From contig JAFGFC010000071.1 in the NCBI GenBank assembly GCA_016931325.1, positions 11,379-75,378 of the forward strand: a stretch of DNA of 64,000 nucleotides. Direction: 5' to 3'. Of the stretch, positions 30,632 through 40,141 are shown in pieces; position 1 is the stretch's first letter, and every line of letters begins with the position of its first letter. This DNA is from Spirochaetota bacterium (GTDB lineage Bacteria > Spirochaetota > JAHITG01 > JAFGFC01). Below the pieces are notes generated by a model. It made no database searches, was not told the DNA's origin, and worked only from the letters and a program-made list of their open reading frames with translations. Made by a program: the position numbers and the translations under genes.

Positions 30632-32137
30632 TCAGGGCTTTGTGGTATGAAATTTTTTCCGGTCCTTCTTGCAGATGATCTGGGCCACACCCCGGCCTGA
30701 TCGCATGGCATTGGGAACACCCCCGCCTGTCTCGATCCAGTGACCGGCCATATAGAAATCTTTGAGCCCGGGCAGATATTTCTTCATGGCCAGAGGCCCC
30801 ATCTTCCCTGTTATAAGCCAGCCTTCAAAGGCACCCTTCCAGTTATTGGTATTTTCAATCACCGTAACAGGTGTTGTAACATCGATAACCTCAACATGTT
30901 TCTTGATGTTACCCAGCCTCTTCTCCAGTATATCAATTAACGCTTTGGCGATCCTTTCTTTCTCACCAATATATTTTTCAGGGTCATTTTTTCTCAGTTC
31001 AACCCAGTACTGATAATGATAGGTAGGGATGATACCTTCGATCACGGTCTTGCCTTCAGGCGCCAGCGTGGGATCAAAGTGATAGATACGGAACCACATT
31101 TCCGTCGCTGTTGTGTCATCATCGATCACCAGGCCTTGATCCAGAATAAATACAATAGAATGAAAATCAAAATCCAACTTTCTTTTGATACCAAAAGACA
31201 CCTGAAGATGAGCCGGAAAAGTGGCACCATCCTTATAATGTTTTTTTATTTTATGATTGGTATATTTGCCTTCGAGCATCTCAAATATGGTATAATATCC
31301 ATCAGCCGCAGAAACCACGATATCAGACTGATGAAGTGTCCCGTCTGCCAGAACGATCCCTCCGGCTTTGTTATGTTCTGTTATGACTTTTGTCGCTTTT
31401 GAACTGTAATGAATCTTCCCTCCCAGCTGAAGATAACGCCCGGTAAGTCGATCCGTAATTAATTGTGAACCGCCTATGGGGTAACCCGCTCCCTTTTTAT
31501 GCATCCAGGCCAGATTGAAGATCATAAATAATATCGACATATCTGTCATGAACATCCATTCAAAGGTCTTTTTTAAAAGCCTGTTTTTACACTTTAAAGC
31601 CCATTTTCTTGCTGACAATCTCTGCCACAGGTAAAAATCAAACAGGTAGGGGAAAAAATCGAACATAAACCTGAGTCCATCCCGGAGATTAAAGATCTCG
31701 ATGGGTTTACTCAAGGGGAGTTTGAAACGGGCATATTTTCTTATAGCGCGGGTAAATTTCATGATGATCTTTTTATCAGAAGGGGCTTTGGTGAGCATCT
31801 CTTTCTCTAACCTTTCCGCATCCGTGAAAATACTGATGTATTTACCGTCTCTATCCTGGATACGCATGAATTCCTCATGGTCCACAAATTGAATATTCTT
31901 CATTTCGATCAATTCTTCCCAAAGATCATATAACTCAACTGTGGGGGAGGAGCCGACAAGCCAGTGGAGGCAACCGTCAAAGGTATAATCCTGCCTTTTC
32001 CAGGAGCGGCACAACCCCCCGGGGAGATGGCTCATCTCAAATATTTCTGTATCATAGCCGTTCATTTGCAGATAACATCCGGCAGATAACCCGGCTATTC
32101 CCGCCCCGATAATAATAACTTTTTTTCGCATAAACAT
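30632..32137 (-). CDS. FAD/NAD(P)-dependent oxidoreductase, phytoene-desaturase (CrtI/CrtD)-like family
   Basis: N-terminal dinucleotide fold KVIIIGAGIAGLSAGCYL...EIFE...PGG. About 500 aa. Confidence 0.7.
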   Translation of the reverse strand: MFMRKKVIIIGAGIAGLSAGCYLQMNGYDTEIFEMSHLPGGLCRSWKRQDYTFDGCLHWLVGSSPTVELYDLWEELIEMKNIQFVDHEEFMRIQDRDGKYISIFTDAERLEKEMLTKAPSDKKIIMKFTRAIRKYARFKLPLSKPIEIFNLRDGLRFMFDFFPYLFDFYLWQRLSARKWALKCKNRLLKKTFEWMFMTDMSILFMIFNLAWMHKKGAGYPIGGSQLITDRLTGRYLQLGGKIHYSSKATKVITEHNKAGGIVLADGTLHQSDIVVSAADGYYTIFEMLEGKYTNHKIKKHYKDGATFPAHLQVSFGIKRKLDFDFHSIVFILDQGLVIDDDTTATEMWFRIYHFDPTLAPEGKTVIEGIIPTYHYQYWVELRKNDPEKYIGEKERIAKALIDILEKRLGNIKKHVEVIDVTTPVTVIENTNNWKGAFEGWLITGKMGPLAMKKYLPGLKDFYMAGHWIETGGGVPNAMRSGRGVAQIICKKDRKKFHTTKP

Positions 32138-32155
32138 AAAGGTTTTACCCTGAAA

Positions 32156-32329
32156 TTAAGGATTATAGTCTATTTTTTCACTCTTGATAAAGGTATTACA
32201 GACCTCGCAATGATAACTGCGAATGATCACTTTTTTCTTTTTCCCTTTTACCTTTTTTTCCCTTTCTTCTTCGGAAGAGCGCAGGTTCTGTTCTTTTTGA
32301 CATTTCGGGCAATAATCCATTTTTTAACA
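32156..32329 (-). CDS. Small 57-aa zinc-ribbon protein (not in the ORF track)
   Basis: MDYCPKCQKEQNLRSSEEEREKKVKGKKKKVIIRSYHCEVCNTFIKSEKIDYNP carries two CxxC pairs. Sits 19 nt upstream of, and is co-directional with, the CrtI-like gene. Confidence 0.35.
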
Positions 32330-32395
32330 CCTCTATCCCTGAAGACTCTGAACAATTTATTATGCATAAGGAAGAAAATCAAGTCATATCAAAAT

Positions 32396-32818
32396 TTACT
32401 TTATATCAACCAGATCGATCCATCCTTTTTCTTCTTTCACCAGGAAAACAGCCTCATTCTTTTTATACCTGTCTCTTTTCAAAGTAGCAAAATCACCCTG
32501 ACCCCTCGGATATTCCGTATAATGAATAACGGTATTACCCTTGATAAAGACCAGCAGGCAGATATCATCTCGATAATGTATCCCGGTGGCTTTCGCATCC
32601 TGCCAGATAAAGCCAAGCGCCTGTGAGATCTTTTCATCAGATGTATAAGGAGGAAAGATAAATACTCTATCCCATGAAAAATCGGTAAGGGTTTCGAATT
32701 TGATGACGTGAGGGGTTTCTTCATGTATCTTTTTTATTAAATTGGCTTTAAATCGATCCTGCCTGGCGCAATGTGTTAATGAAAGAACCAACAATATGAA
32801 AAGTATAGAATTCTTCAT
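32396..32818 (-). CDS. Hypothetical lipoprotein
   Basis: Signal peptide with lipobox LSLTHC. No family assignment. Confidence 0.4.
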   Translation of the reverse strand: MKNSILFILLVLSLTHCARQDRFKANLIKKIHEETPHVIKFETLTDFSWDRVFIFPPYTSDEKISQALGFIWQDAKATGIHYRDDICLLVFIKGNTVIHYTEYPRGQGDFATLKRDRYKKNEAVFLVKEEKGWIDLVDIK

Positions 32819-32866
32819 AAGGATAAGATAAAGCTAATCAGAAAAAAGTCAACTATAAAACGGTTT

Positions 32867-34843
32867 CTATCTGTATGCTTTGTATAATTTTTTCTGGATT
32901 CGATTTAGCATATTATGTATCTCATCAATATCAAATGGCTTTGATAAAAAACCCCAGGCGCCCATTTTTTTGATCTTGTCAATATCTGTTTCCGGCTGAC
33001 CTGACATGACGACGATCTTCAGATCAGGCTTAATCCTTTTTAATTCCCTCAAGAGGTCTTCGCCCTTTATATCAGGCATTAAAAGATCGATAAATATCAG
33101 ATCAATTTTACTTCCCCTTGCAAAAGAGAGGGCTTGTTGACCTGAAGTGGCAACAAATACAGATTGTAATTTTTCTTTCATCAGATAGCGTTTTAAGAAA
33201 TCGGTTATAGCTTTTTCATCATCGATAATAAGGACATTCAATCCCTTGAGGTCATCGTTTCCAATAAAGAATTTTTTTCGTGTCCCTTTCACTGTGGTTC
33301 TGATCCGGGAAACAGGTAGAGTAACGATCACTTCTGTCCCTTTGCCTTTCTCGCTTTCCACATGGATAGTCCCATGATGATTCATTATAATGATGTATGA
33401 CACGGAAAGCCCCAGGCCTGTTCCTTTTATTCCATGCCTGTCTCTGGCATGGGCACCTTTGGTGGTAAAGAAGGGATTAAAAATATTTTTTCTGGTTTCC
33501 TCATCCATCCCGATCCCGTTATCCCTGATCTCAATCCGGACAAGGTCTTCCGAATCACTTATGGAAACTGTGATCATACCTTTGCCTTGCGGTTTGATGG
33601 CCTGCCGGGCGTTTAAAAGAATATTTAATAAGACCTGACCGATCTGCCCGCAATCGACATGGACTTGTTGTTTCTGGGTGTATTTTCTGATCACCTCAAT
33701 ATTCTCATACTTGAAAAAGTCCTTCTGCAGTCGAAGGACTTCGTCCATAACCTGGCTGATATCACAAACTTCTCTTTTTGGTTCCCTGGGCCTGGAAAAG
33801 GTCATCATATTCTCAACGATTTCAGACCCTCTCTTCGTCTGTCTTTCAATTGTAGAAAGGTCCTTGAACAGTTCTGAATTTTCCTCGATCGATAATTTCG
33901 AAAGTTGTACAGTTCCCTGAATGATAGCCAGAATATTATTAAATTCATGGGCCACACCGGCAGCCAGTTGTCCCACAGCCGCAAACTTTTCCGCATGAAC
34001 GAGCTGATCCTGCAGGATTTTTCGTTGTGTTATATCTGTGGCAATACAGGTTATACCGACGGTGACAGGATAGATCCTCACTTCATAATACCCTTTTCTC
34101 CCATCCGGAAAAACTAACTCATCCTCAATGACACGCTCCCTGCGGTTCTTCATAACATACCGATAGGCTTCGAAAAAAACAGAATTCTCTATTTCCGGAA
34201 AAAGATCCGTCAATTTAATACCGATCAACTTTTTTCTGGATATCTGAAGCATTCTGACGGCCGCCTCATTCACCAGCACATATCGCCATTGTCTGTCGAA
34301 AACATAAACTCCATCTGAAATGGATTCCACCAGAAGTCTGTACTTTTCTTCACTCTCTTTTAACAGCTCTTCAGATTGTTTTCGCTGAGTTATATCCTCT
34401 CCTGAACTCAATGTGCTTGTTACTCTGCCTTGATCATCCCTCAAAACAGTATTATGCCATAGAATGATCCTTTCCTCGCCTTGTTTTGTCAGGACAGGAT
34501 TTTCATAATACTCTGCTGGTTCTATCTGACCTTTAATGAGTTTATTAAAAACTCTTTTAGTATTTCCACTTGACTTTTTTGGAAGAAAATAATTAAACCA
34601 ATTTTTTCCAATGATTTCTTCTTCCTTATATCCCAGGATCTGACAGCCTTTTTTATTTATTAAAGAAACTTTGCCATCGCGATCGAGAACAACAAATATA
34701 ACACCAGCCACATCAAGATATTGCTGGGCTTTTTTTGCCTGGCTTATTATCTGTTCTTTTTCTTTTTTCTTCTTTGTTAATGTTTCCATATTGATTCTGT
34801 CATGAGTTATGTTAGATTCAAGTCCCCCTGACATAAAAATCAC
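32867..34843 (-). CDS. Hybrid sensor histidine kinase: two PAS domains, HisKA, HATPase_c, C-terminal receiver
   Basis: H-box AAGVAHEFNNIL. GHKL boxes (...RDNGIGMDEE..., GTGLGLSV). Receiver LIIDDEKAITDFLKRYL...DLIFIDLLMPDIKG. Confidence 0.8.
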   Translation of the reverse strand: MIFMSGGLESNITHDRINMETLTKKKKEKEQIISQAKKAQQYLDVAGVIFVVLDRDGKVSLINKKGCQILGYKEEEIIGKNWFNYFLPKKSSGNTKRVFNKLIKGQIEPAEYYENPVLTKQGEERIILWHNTVLRDDQGRVTSTLSSGEDITQRKQSEELLKESEEKYRLLVESISDGVYVFDRQWRYVLVNEAAVRMLQISRKKLIGIKLTDLFPEIENSVFFEAYRYVMKNRRERVIEDELVFPDGRKGYYEVRIYPVTVGITCIATDITQRKILQDQLVHAEKFAAVGQLAAGVAHEFNNILAIIQGTVQLSKLSIEENSELFKDLSTIERQTKRGSEIVENMMTFSRPREPKREVCDISQVMDEVLRLQKDFFKYENIEVIRKYTQKQQVHVDCGQIGQVLLNILLNARQAIKPQGKGMITVSISDSEDLVRIEIRDNGIGMDEETRKNIFNPFFTTKGAHARDRHGIKGTGLGLSVSYIIIMNHHGTIHVESEKGKGTEVIVTLPVSRIRTTVKGTRKKFFIGNDDLKGLNVLIIDDEKAITDFLKRYLMKEKLQSVFVATSGQQALSFARGSKIDLIFIDLLMPDIKGEDLLRELKRIKPDLKIVVMSGQPETDIDKIKKMGAWGFLSKPFDIDEIHNMLNRIQKKLYKAYR

Positions 34844-34942
34844 GGCTATTTGATAATATAAATCTTTATTGAAATGTCAATTTTAATTTCCATTTACATA
34901 AGTATTGACATTCCCCTCTATTTGCCTTAAATTATCCTCTGT

Positions 34943-37372
34943 ATGAAAACAATAAAGGAAAAACTGGATCAGATCTTTACATTGCCCAATATAGAGAAAG
35001 TGACACTGGTTTCCCTTTCCGTCTATTCCCTGTTCCTGGGCCTCTTATTGGGGTTCATGGTGGTGTCTCTACAGAACCTGACCGGTATCAAGGAGTTGGA
35101 GGACTACAGGCCGGCTACGGTGACAAAGATCTATGATAATGAAGGCCGACTGATCTCCGAATACTTTGAGGAACAGCGTGAAATCGTTTCGTTAAAAGAA
35201 ATACCAGAGCTCTTAACCAAAGCTTTAGTGGCTGTGGAAGATCAGAAATTCTATCAACATAAAGGTATCCACTTCCAGGGTATTGTCCGTGCTTTTGTGG
35301 TCAATATGCTTGCCGGATATATAAAGGAAGGAGGGAGCACCATAACTCAGCAGTTGTCCAAGATCCTTTTTACCACACGAAAAAAAAGTATCTTTCGCAA
35401 GTTGAAAGAAGCCTGGCTGGCTTTCCAGATCGAAAAATTATATACAAAAGAAGAGATCATCGAATTCTATCTGAATCAGGTCTATTTCGGACACGGGGCT
35501 TATGGTGTTGAAGCCGCTTCCCGTTTCTATTTTAATAAGCGTGTATCCGATCTGAATGTGGCAGAATGCGCCCTTCTGGCAGCCCTTCCTGCGGCTCCAA
35601 ATAAATATTCTCCTATCAAGGATCCTGAAACTTCGCAGCAACGTCATAAAAAAGTATTGAACCATATGGTGGAAAGCGGCATTATAGATGAAGAACAGGC
35701 TCAATCGGACTATTATGATTTCTGGATCAATTATCAGGGTAAGATCGTAGCCCCTAATTCGTCTTTCTGGAAGATCAGGGTTGATAATGCTCCTCATTTT
35801 ACCGAGCATGTTCGCCGGATAATGGAAAAACGCTTTGGTGAAAAGATCCTTTATACCGAAGGAATGCGTATCTATACGACACTGAATCTTGATATGCAGA
35901 AAGCCGCGCAGGAAACTTTATGGAAACGCCTCCAGGCCCACAATAACAGATATTATACCCGTATCGAGCAGGTCAATAAAAATTTTGACAAGAATTTTGC
36001 AGACTTGATCTCCCTGATGGGTTTGATCCTTGACAACAAAAAGATCGCTAATTTAAGTACCCATAAAGAATTGAATCGGTTTAATTATTATTTTTCAAAA
36101 GAATCGCTGGAACAATTTGATCTGGCTTCACTTATCTTCGGGCTGGATGATATTCATCGGTTGTTCCGGATCTATCGAACAACGAGATCACAGAAAGTGG
36201 TTCAGGATAAAGTCGAAGGGGCGATCATATCCATTGAACCCTATTCAGGTTATATTAAAGCCATGGTTGGAGGAAGCGAATTCACTCCTGAAAATCAGTA
36301 TAACCGGGCTGTACAGTCTTACAGACAGCCTGGTTCAGCTTTTAAACCTTTTGTTTATATGGCAGCACTTGATACCGGTCGGTTTACCCCTGCTACGACT
36401 TTTACTGACTCACCTGTGGTTTATTTTGACGGGGAAGGCAAAGAATGGATCCCTAACAATTATACAGGCCAGTACTATGGACTGGTAACATTGAGAAAAG
36501 CATTGCAAAAGTCCATTAACATTATCTCCGTTATGCTGGCTGACCAGGTGGAAATCGATAATGTAAGAGAGCTGGCCGCCAAAATGCTGCATATTTATGA
36601 TTATCATGAGATGAAGAAAAATCTGCCTGATGATCTTTCCCTGGCTCTGGGCACCGCAACCGTAACTCCTTTGCAAATGGCCAATGCCTTTGCTATCATA
36701 GCCAATAAAGGGCGTGACGTTATCCCTATTTCCATAAAATACATCAAGGACAGAAACAATAATGTTCTTGTTGATATGCAAAAAGAACTAGCCCGAAAAC
36801 CCCGCAGGCAGATCATCACACCTCAGGTGGCTTTTCTTATAACCGATATGATGAAAAGTGTGCTTAAACCGGGAGGGACCGCCTGGGGAGCCGCTATTGA
36901 AACTGATTTCTGGTTGCCAGCAGCCGGAAAGACCGGCACGACCGACAACTGGAGGGATGCCTGGTTTGCGGGATTTACAGAAAAACTGGCCTCGGTGGTT
37001 TGGGTAGGATTTGATAATTATAGCCGTTCCCTTGGCCTGGGAGAAGAAGGCGGCAAGGTAGCGGCCCCTATCTGGTGCGAATATATGAAAAAAGCCATGA
37101 GGAATTATTACCTGAGTGATTTTGAAGTCCCCCCGGGGATCACCAAAGTGGATATTTGTTTAAGATCAGGCAAATTGGTCTCAAATGATTGCAAAGAACG
37201 CGGTGTTGAATATTTTATTGAAGGGAGCGAACCCTCTCAGGAATGCACCAGTTGTAAAGAAGGATATAAACAGTTTGAATTTGATGAAGAAAAAGTGGAA
37301 AAGATCCTTGACGAAAAGAGAAAAAAACTGAAAGATAAAATATTTAAAGATAAATTCAGGCTCAAGCTTTGA
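34943..37372 (+). CDS. mrcA: Class A penicillin-binding protein 1A (transglycosylase plus transpeptidase)
   Basis: N-terminal TM. GT51 motifs (EDQKFYQHKGI, GGSTITQQL). Transpeptidase SxxK (GSAFKPF), SxN, KTGTT. Confidence 0.85.
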   Translation: MKTIKEKLDQIFTLPNIEKVTLVSLSVYSLFLGLLLGFMVVSLQNLTGIKELEDYRPATVTKIYDNEGRLISEYFEEQREIVSLKEIPELLTKALVAVEDQKFYQHKGIHFQGIVRAFVVNMLAGYIKEGGSTITQQLSKILFTTRKKSIFRKLKEAWLAFQIEKLYTKEEIIEFYLNQVYFGHGAYGVEAASRFYFNKRVSDLNVAECALLAALPAAPNKYSPIKDPETSQQRHKKVLNHMVESGIIDEEQAQSDYYDFWINYQGKIVAPNSSFWKIRVDNAPHFTEHVRRIMEKRFGEKILYTEGMRIYTTLNLDMQKAAQETLWKRLQAHNNRYYTRIEQVNKNFDKNFADLISLMGLILDNKKIANLSTHKELNRFNYYFSKESLEQFDLASLIFGLDDIHRLFRIYRTTRSQKVVQDKVEGAIISIEPYSGYIKAMVGGSEFTPENQYNRAVQSYRQPGSAFKPFVYMAALDTGRFTPATTFTDSPVVYFDGEGKEWIPNNYTGQYYGLVTLRKALQKSINIISVMLADQVEIDNVRELAAKMLHIYDYHEMKKNLPDDLSLALGTATVTPLQMANAFAIIANKGRDVIPISIKYIKDRNNNVLVDMQKELARKPRRQIITPQVAFLITDMMKSVLKPGGTAWGAAIETDFWLPAAGKTGTTDNWRDAWFAGFTEKLASVVWVGFDNYSRSLGLGEEGGKVAAPIWCEYMKKAMRNYYLSDFEVPPGITKVDICLRSGKLVSNDCKERGVEYFIEGSEPSQECTSCKEGYKQFEFDEEKVEKILDEKRKKLKDKIFKDKFRLKL

Positions 37373-37522
37373 CGGATCGTTACTTGAATGTATTTTAAAT
37401 GAATAGTTAAATAAACAATCCGTCAGTTCGAAGTTCTAGGTTCGAAGTTCAAATCTTCTGCCTTGCAATTCGACACTCTGGAATTTCTAAGACCCCTAGA
37501 AATTGCCAAGCAATTCCAAGGG
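37371..37522 (+). repeat. Structured intergenic element, copy 3: long hairpin, four GTTCNAN heptads, nested GGAATT/AATTCC hairpins
   Basis: gacggatcgtt...aacaatccgtc is an 11-bp stem with a 32-nt loop. Heptads agttcga agttcta ggttcga agttcaa (37425-37452). Outer stem ccttgcaatt/aattccaagg encloses ggaatttcta/tagaaattgcc. Confidence 0.5.
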
Positions 37523-37545
37523 ATGCGTCAGGATCAATAAAACTT

Positions 37546-38061
37546 ATGAAATACAGTGAAAATACATTAGAAGAAAAAGCCATAGAACAGGCCCTGGGTC
37601 TCATAGCCACAGCTATCAAGACATCGCCTAAATCAAGAGGATTGAATGCTTTAAAAGTCATCGCTCTTACGGATAAGGAAAAGAACAAACTGGCCAAAAA
37701 AATGAGCACCATTAACAAGCATCCTTTTCCAAGAGATTCTAAAAATATCGAGAAGGCTGATGCCATTATCCTGATCGGGATGAAAACCATGCATATGGGA
37801 CTGAATTGCGGCATGTGCGGTTATAAGGACTGTGCTGACAGTCAGGGGAAAAAAGGTCATTGCATTTTTAATACGATCGATCTGGGAATTGCTCTGGGTT
37901 CAGCTGTATCTACCATTTCTGATCTAAAGATCGATTCCCGTATCATGTATTCAGCCGGTATGACTGCCAGGGATATGGGCCTGTTTCCAAAAGAATATCG
38001 TATTGTAATGGGTATCCCCCTTTCTATTTCGCAGAAGAATATTTTTTTTGACAGAAAATAA
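37546..38061 (+). CDS. DUF2148-like ferredoxin-domain protein (COG4739-type)
   Basis: GLNCGMCGYKDC Cys cluster. About 170 aa. Family assignment is from memory. Confidence 0.45.
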   Translation: MKYSENTLEEKAIEQALGLIATAIKTSPKSRGLNALKVIALTDKEKNKLAKKMSTINKHPFPRDSKNIEKADAIILIGMKTMHMGLNCGMCGYKDCADSQGKKGHCIFNTIDLGIALGSAVSTISDLKIDSRIMYSAGMTARDMGLFPKEYRIVMGIPLSISQKNIFFDRK

Positions 38062-38066
38062 TAAAT

Positions 38067-38157
38067 TAGTTTATAGTTCTTGGTTTATTTTCATCAAACA
38101 ACGTTACAAACTGTTAATTAAAATTTCCCTAAACTAAGAACTACGAACGACGAACTA
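38067..38157 (+). promoter_or_regulatory. Second operator-like heptad array: two TAGTTNN heptads, then, 49 nt downstream, tandem NGAACNA heptads just upstream of the 38172 gene
   Basis: tagttta tagttct (38067-38080), then aaaacta agaacta cgaacga cgaacta (38130-38157). Same motif family as at argG. Confidence 0.4.
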
Positions 38158-38171
38158 AAAACCAAGTTATT

Positions 38172-38507
38172 ATGATCGAACAATACGAATTTGGAAAGAT
38201 CGTTATCCATGGAAAAACCTACACCAGTGATATCATTATCCTTCCTGACAATACCATCATATCCTGGTGGAGAAACACCGGGCATAATGTTATCAATGAA
38301 GACCTTGAAATTGTATATCATGCCAAACCAAACGTCCTTGTGCTCGGTTGCGGAGCGTATGGTGTCATGCGGGTCTCAAATGAGGTGAAGACATACTGCG
38401 ATGAGAACCGCATTAAGTTGATCATGGAAAAATCAAAAAAGGCTGTGGAATTATTTAATGCCGAAAAATCCATGTCAAAGGCTGCCGGATTTCATCTTAC
38501 GTGTTAA
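38172..38507 (+). CDS. Mth938-like domain (DUF498) protein
   Basis: About 110 aa. The GKTYTSDIIILPDNTIISWW...VLVLGCGAYG pattern resembles the Mth938/NDUFAF3-like fold family. Confidence 0.4.
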   Translation: MIEQYEFGKIVIHGKTYTSDIIILPDNTIISWWRNTGHNVINEDLEIVYHAKPNVLVLGCGAYGVMRVSNEVKTYCDENRIKLIMEKSKKAVELFNAEKSMSKAAGFHLTC

Positions 38508-38568
38508 TTAAAGACGGTGTATGATAATCAATTTAGAATAACATCATTATTTTTCAAGGAGTAGTATT

Positions 38569-39123
38569 GTGAGTGTTAAAAGTGATAAATGGATCAAAAA
38601 AATGTCGATCAATCATAAAATGATCGAGCCATTTGAAGAAAAGCAGGTCAGAAAAGATGTTATATCCTTTGGATTGTCTTCTTATGGATATGATATCAGG
38701 GTTTCGGACGAATTCAGGGTATTCAAGAATCAATCACCCGACCTTTTGATCGATCCCAAGAATCCCAGTGACTCATTTATAACAATAAAAGATAAATTCT
38801 GTATCATACCCCCGCACAGCTTCGTTTTGACCCAGACCGTGGAATACTTCAGGATCCCCCGAAATATCATTACTCTGTGTGTGGGAAAATCAACCTACGC
38901 AAGGTGTGGCATCCTGGTAAATGTAACTCCCTTCGAACCTGAGTGGGAAGGACATGCGACCCTGGCTATCTCTAATATTACCCCGCTGCCGGCCAAAATC
39001 TATGCCAATGAAGGTATCGCACAGGTTTTGTTCTTTGAAAGCGATGAGATCTGTCAAATCTCTTATAAGGATAAAAAAGGAAAGTATCAAAAACAGACCA
39101 GGATCACTCCCGCAAAGTTATAA
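38569..39123 (+). CDS. dcd: dCTP deaminase
   Basis: 184 aa. dUTPase-like trimer fold motifs [31 protein letters not shown]. Confidence 0.85.
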   Translation: MSVKSDKWIKKMSINHKMIEPFEEKQVRKDVISFGLSSYGYDIRVSDEFRVFKNQSPDLLIDPKNPSDSFITIKDKFCIIPPHSFVLTQTVEYFRIPRNIITLCVGKSTYARCGILVNVTPFEPEWEGHATLAISNITPLPAKIYANEGIAQVLFFESDEICQISYKDKKGKYQKQTRITPAKL

Positions 39124-39140
39124 ATGATTTGATAAAAAAA

Positions 39141-39168
39141 GGCAGCCCTTTGGGCTGCCTTTTTTTAT
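39141..39168. terminator. Bidirectional intrinsic terminator after dcd
   Basis: aaaaaaa ggcagccc ttt gggctgcc tttttttat: a GC-rich 8-bp stem with a U-tract. Confidence 0.75.
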
Positions 39169-40088
39169 TTCACTTCCGGTTTCAATTCCACGTTGGGTGG
39201 ACTGATGTCAACGGTAACAGCCTGTCTTATTTCATCTGACGTATTTCCTACATTATCAATCGCTTTGGCCACGATCGTATGATCTCCTTCCGTCTCAAAA
39301 GAGATAGGAGATTCATAAACGACAAATTCACCTCCGTCAAGGGAAACAAGTATCCTGGCAATACCTGATTCAGTATCTGAAGCCTCGATAGTGTACTGGA
39401 AGCTCTTGGGGGCATAATTACGATTATTCTTCTGATAAAAGCTTCCACTCGGTATTATCTTTACCATGGGTTTTACATTATCAACAAAAAATGATAATGT
39501 TTTTTCCACAGCTGTATTTCCTACAAAATCTGTCGCTTTAAATTTAATTGTCTCATCCCCGGCTTTCCCGATAGTGATAGGGGTCTTATAAGGTTGGTAT
39601 TTAGAGGCTCCCAGGGTGTATTCAATGCTTTTCACGCCTGAAAGCGCATCCGAGGCCACAATTGAAAATTTGGCTGCCAGGGGAGCGTACAATTTATTAT
39701 TGGCTGAATAGAGCTTGAAATCCGGAGACAGAGAAACATCAGGGGGAGTATTATCAATAACGACAGGATAGGCTATTGTGGTTGACTGGTTGCCGACATT
39801 ATCTATCGAATAATAATAGATCGTATGGGGCCCTTCTTCCGGAATGGAAAGGGGTTTTTGATATTCAATAAAGTCTCCCTTGTCTACTTTGAACAATATT
39901 GACTTGACTTCCGAGATCGTATCTTTACTGGCTATGGAAAATTTAGCCGACGAGGTGGCGTAATCCACTTTCCCATCATTATAAATGATTGAATCGACCG
40001 GTGGAGCCGGCTGACCCTTTTGCGCCAGTATTGACTGACTGAAAGCAAGCAATAAAATAAACATAAAAAGTATTATTTTACTTTTCAT
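39165..40088 (-). CDS. Secreted protein with three tandem Ig-like (Big_3/OmpL47-type) repeats
   Basis: Signal peptide. Three ~90-aa repeats, each ending ...DN(T/V)(P/K)P(D/M/N)V... and each containing S(G/E)(V/I)(K/A)S(I/L). Confidence 0.5.
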   Translation of the reverse strand: MKSKIILFMFILLLAFSQSILAQKGQPAPPVDSIIYNDGKVDYATSSAKFSIASKDTISEVKSILFKVDKGDFIEYQKPLSIPEEGPHTIYYYSIDNVGNQSTTIAYPVVIDNTPPDVSLSPDFKLYSANNKLYAPLAAKFSIVASDALSGVKSIEYTLGASKYQPYKTPITIGKAGDETIKFKATDFVGNTAVEKTLSFFVDNVKPMVKIIPSGSFYQKNNRNYAPKSFQYTIEASDTESGIARILVSLDGGEFVVYESPISFETEGDHTIVAKAIDNVGNTSDEIRQAVTVDISPPNVELKPEVK

Positions 40089-40108
40089 ATCTTCCCTCCT
40101 CTTTGTAA

Positions 40109-40126
40109 CCGAGCCTTTAGGCTCGG
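40109..40126. repeat. REP-like palindrome CCGAGCC-TTTA-GGCTCGG, copy 1
   Basis: Perfect 7-bp GC-rich stem. The same element recurs at 46259, 61090 and, degenerate, at 51414. Confidence 0.5.
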
Positions 40127-40141
40127 AAAATATATATCCTT

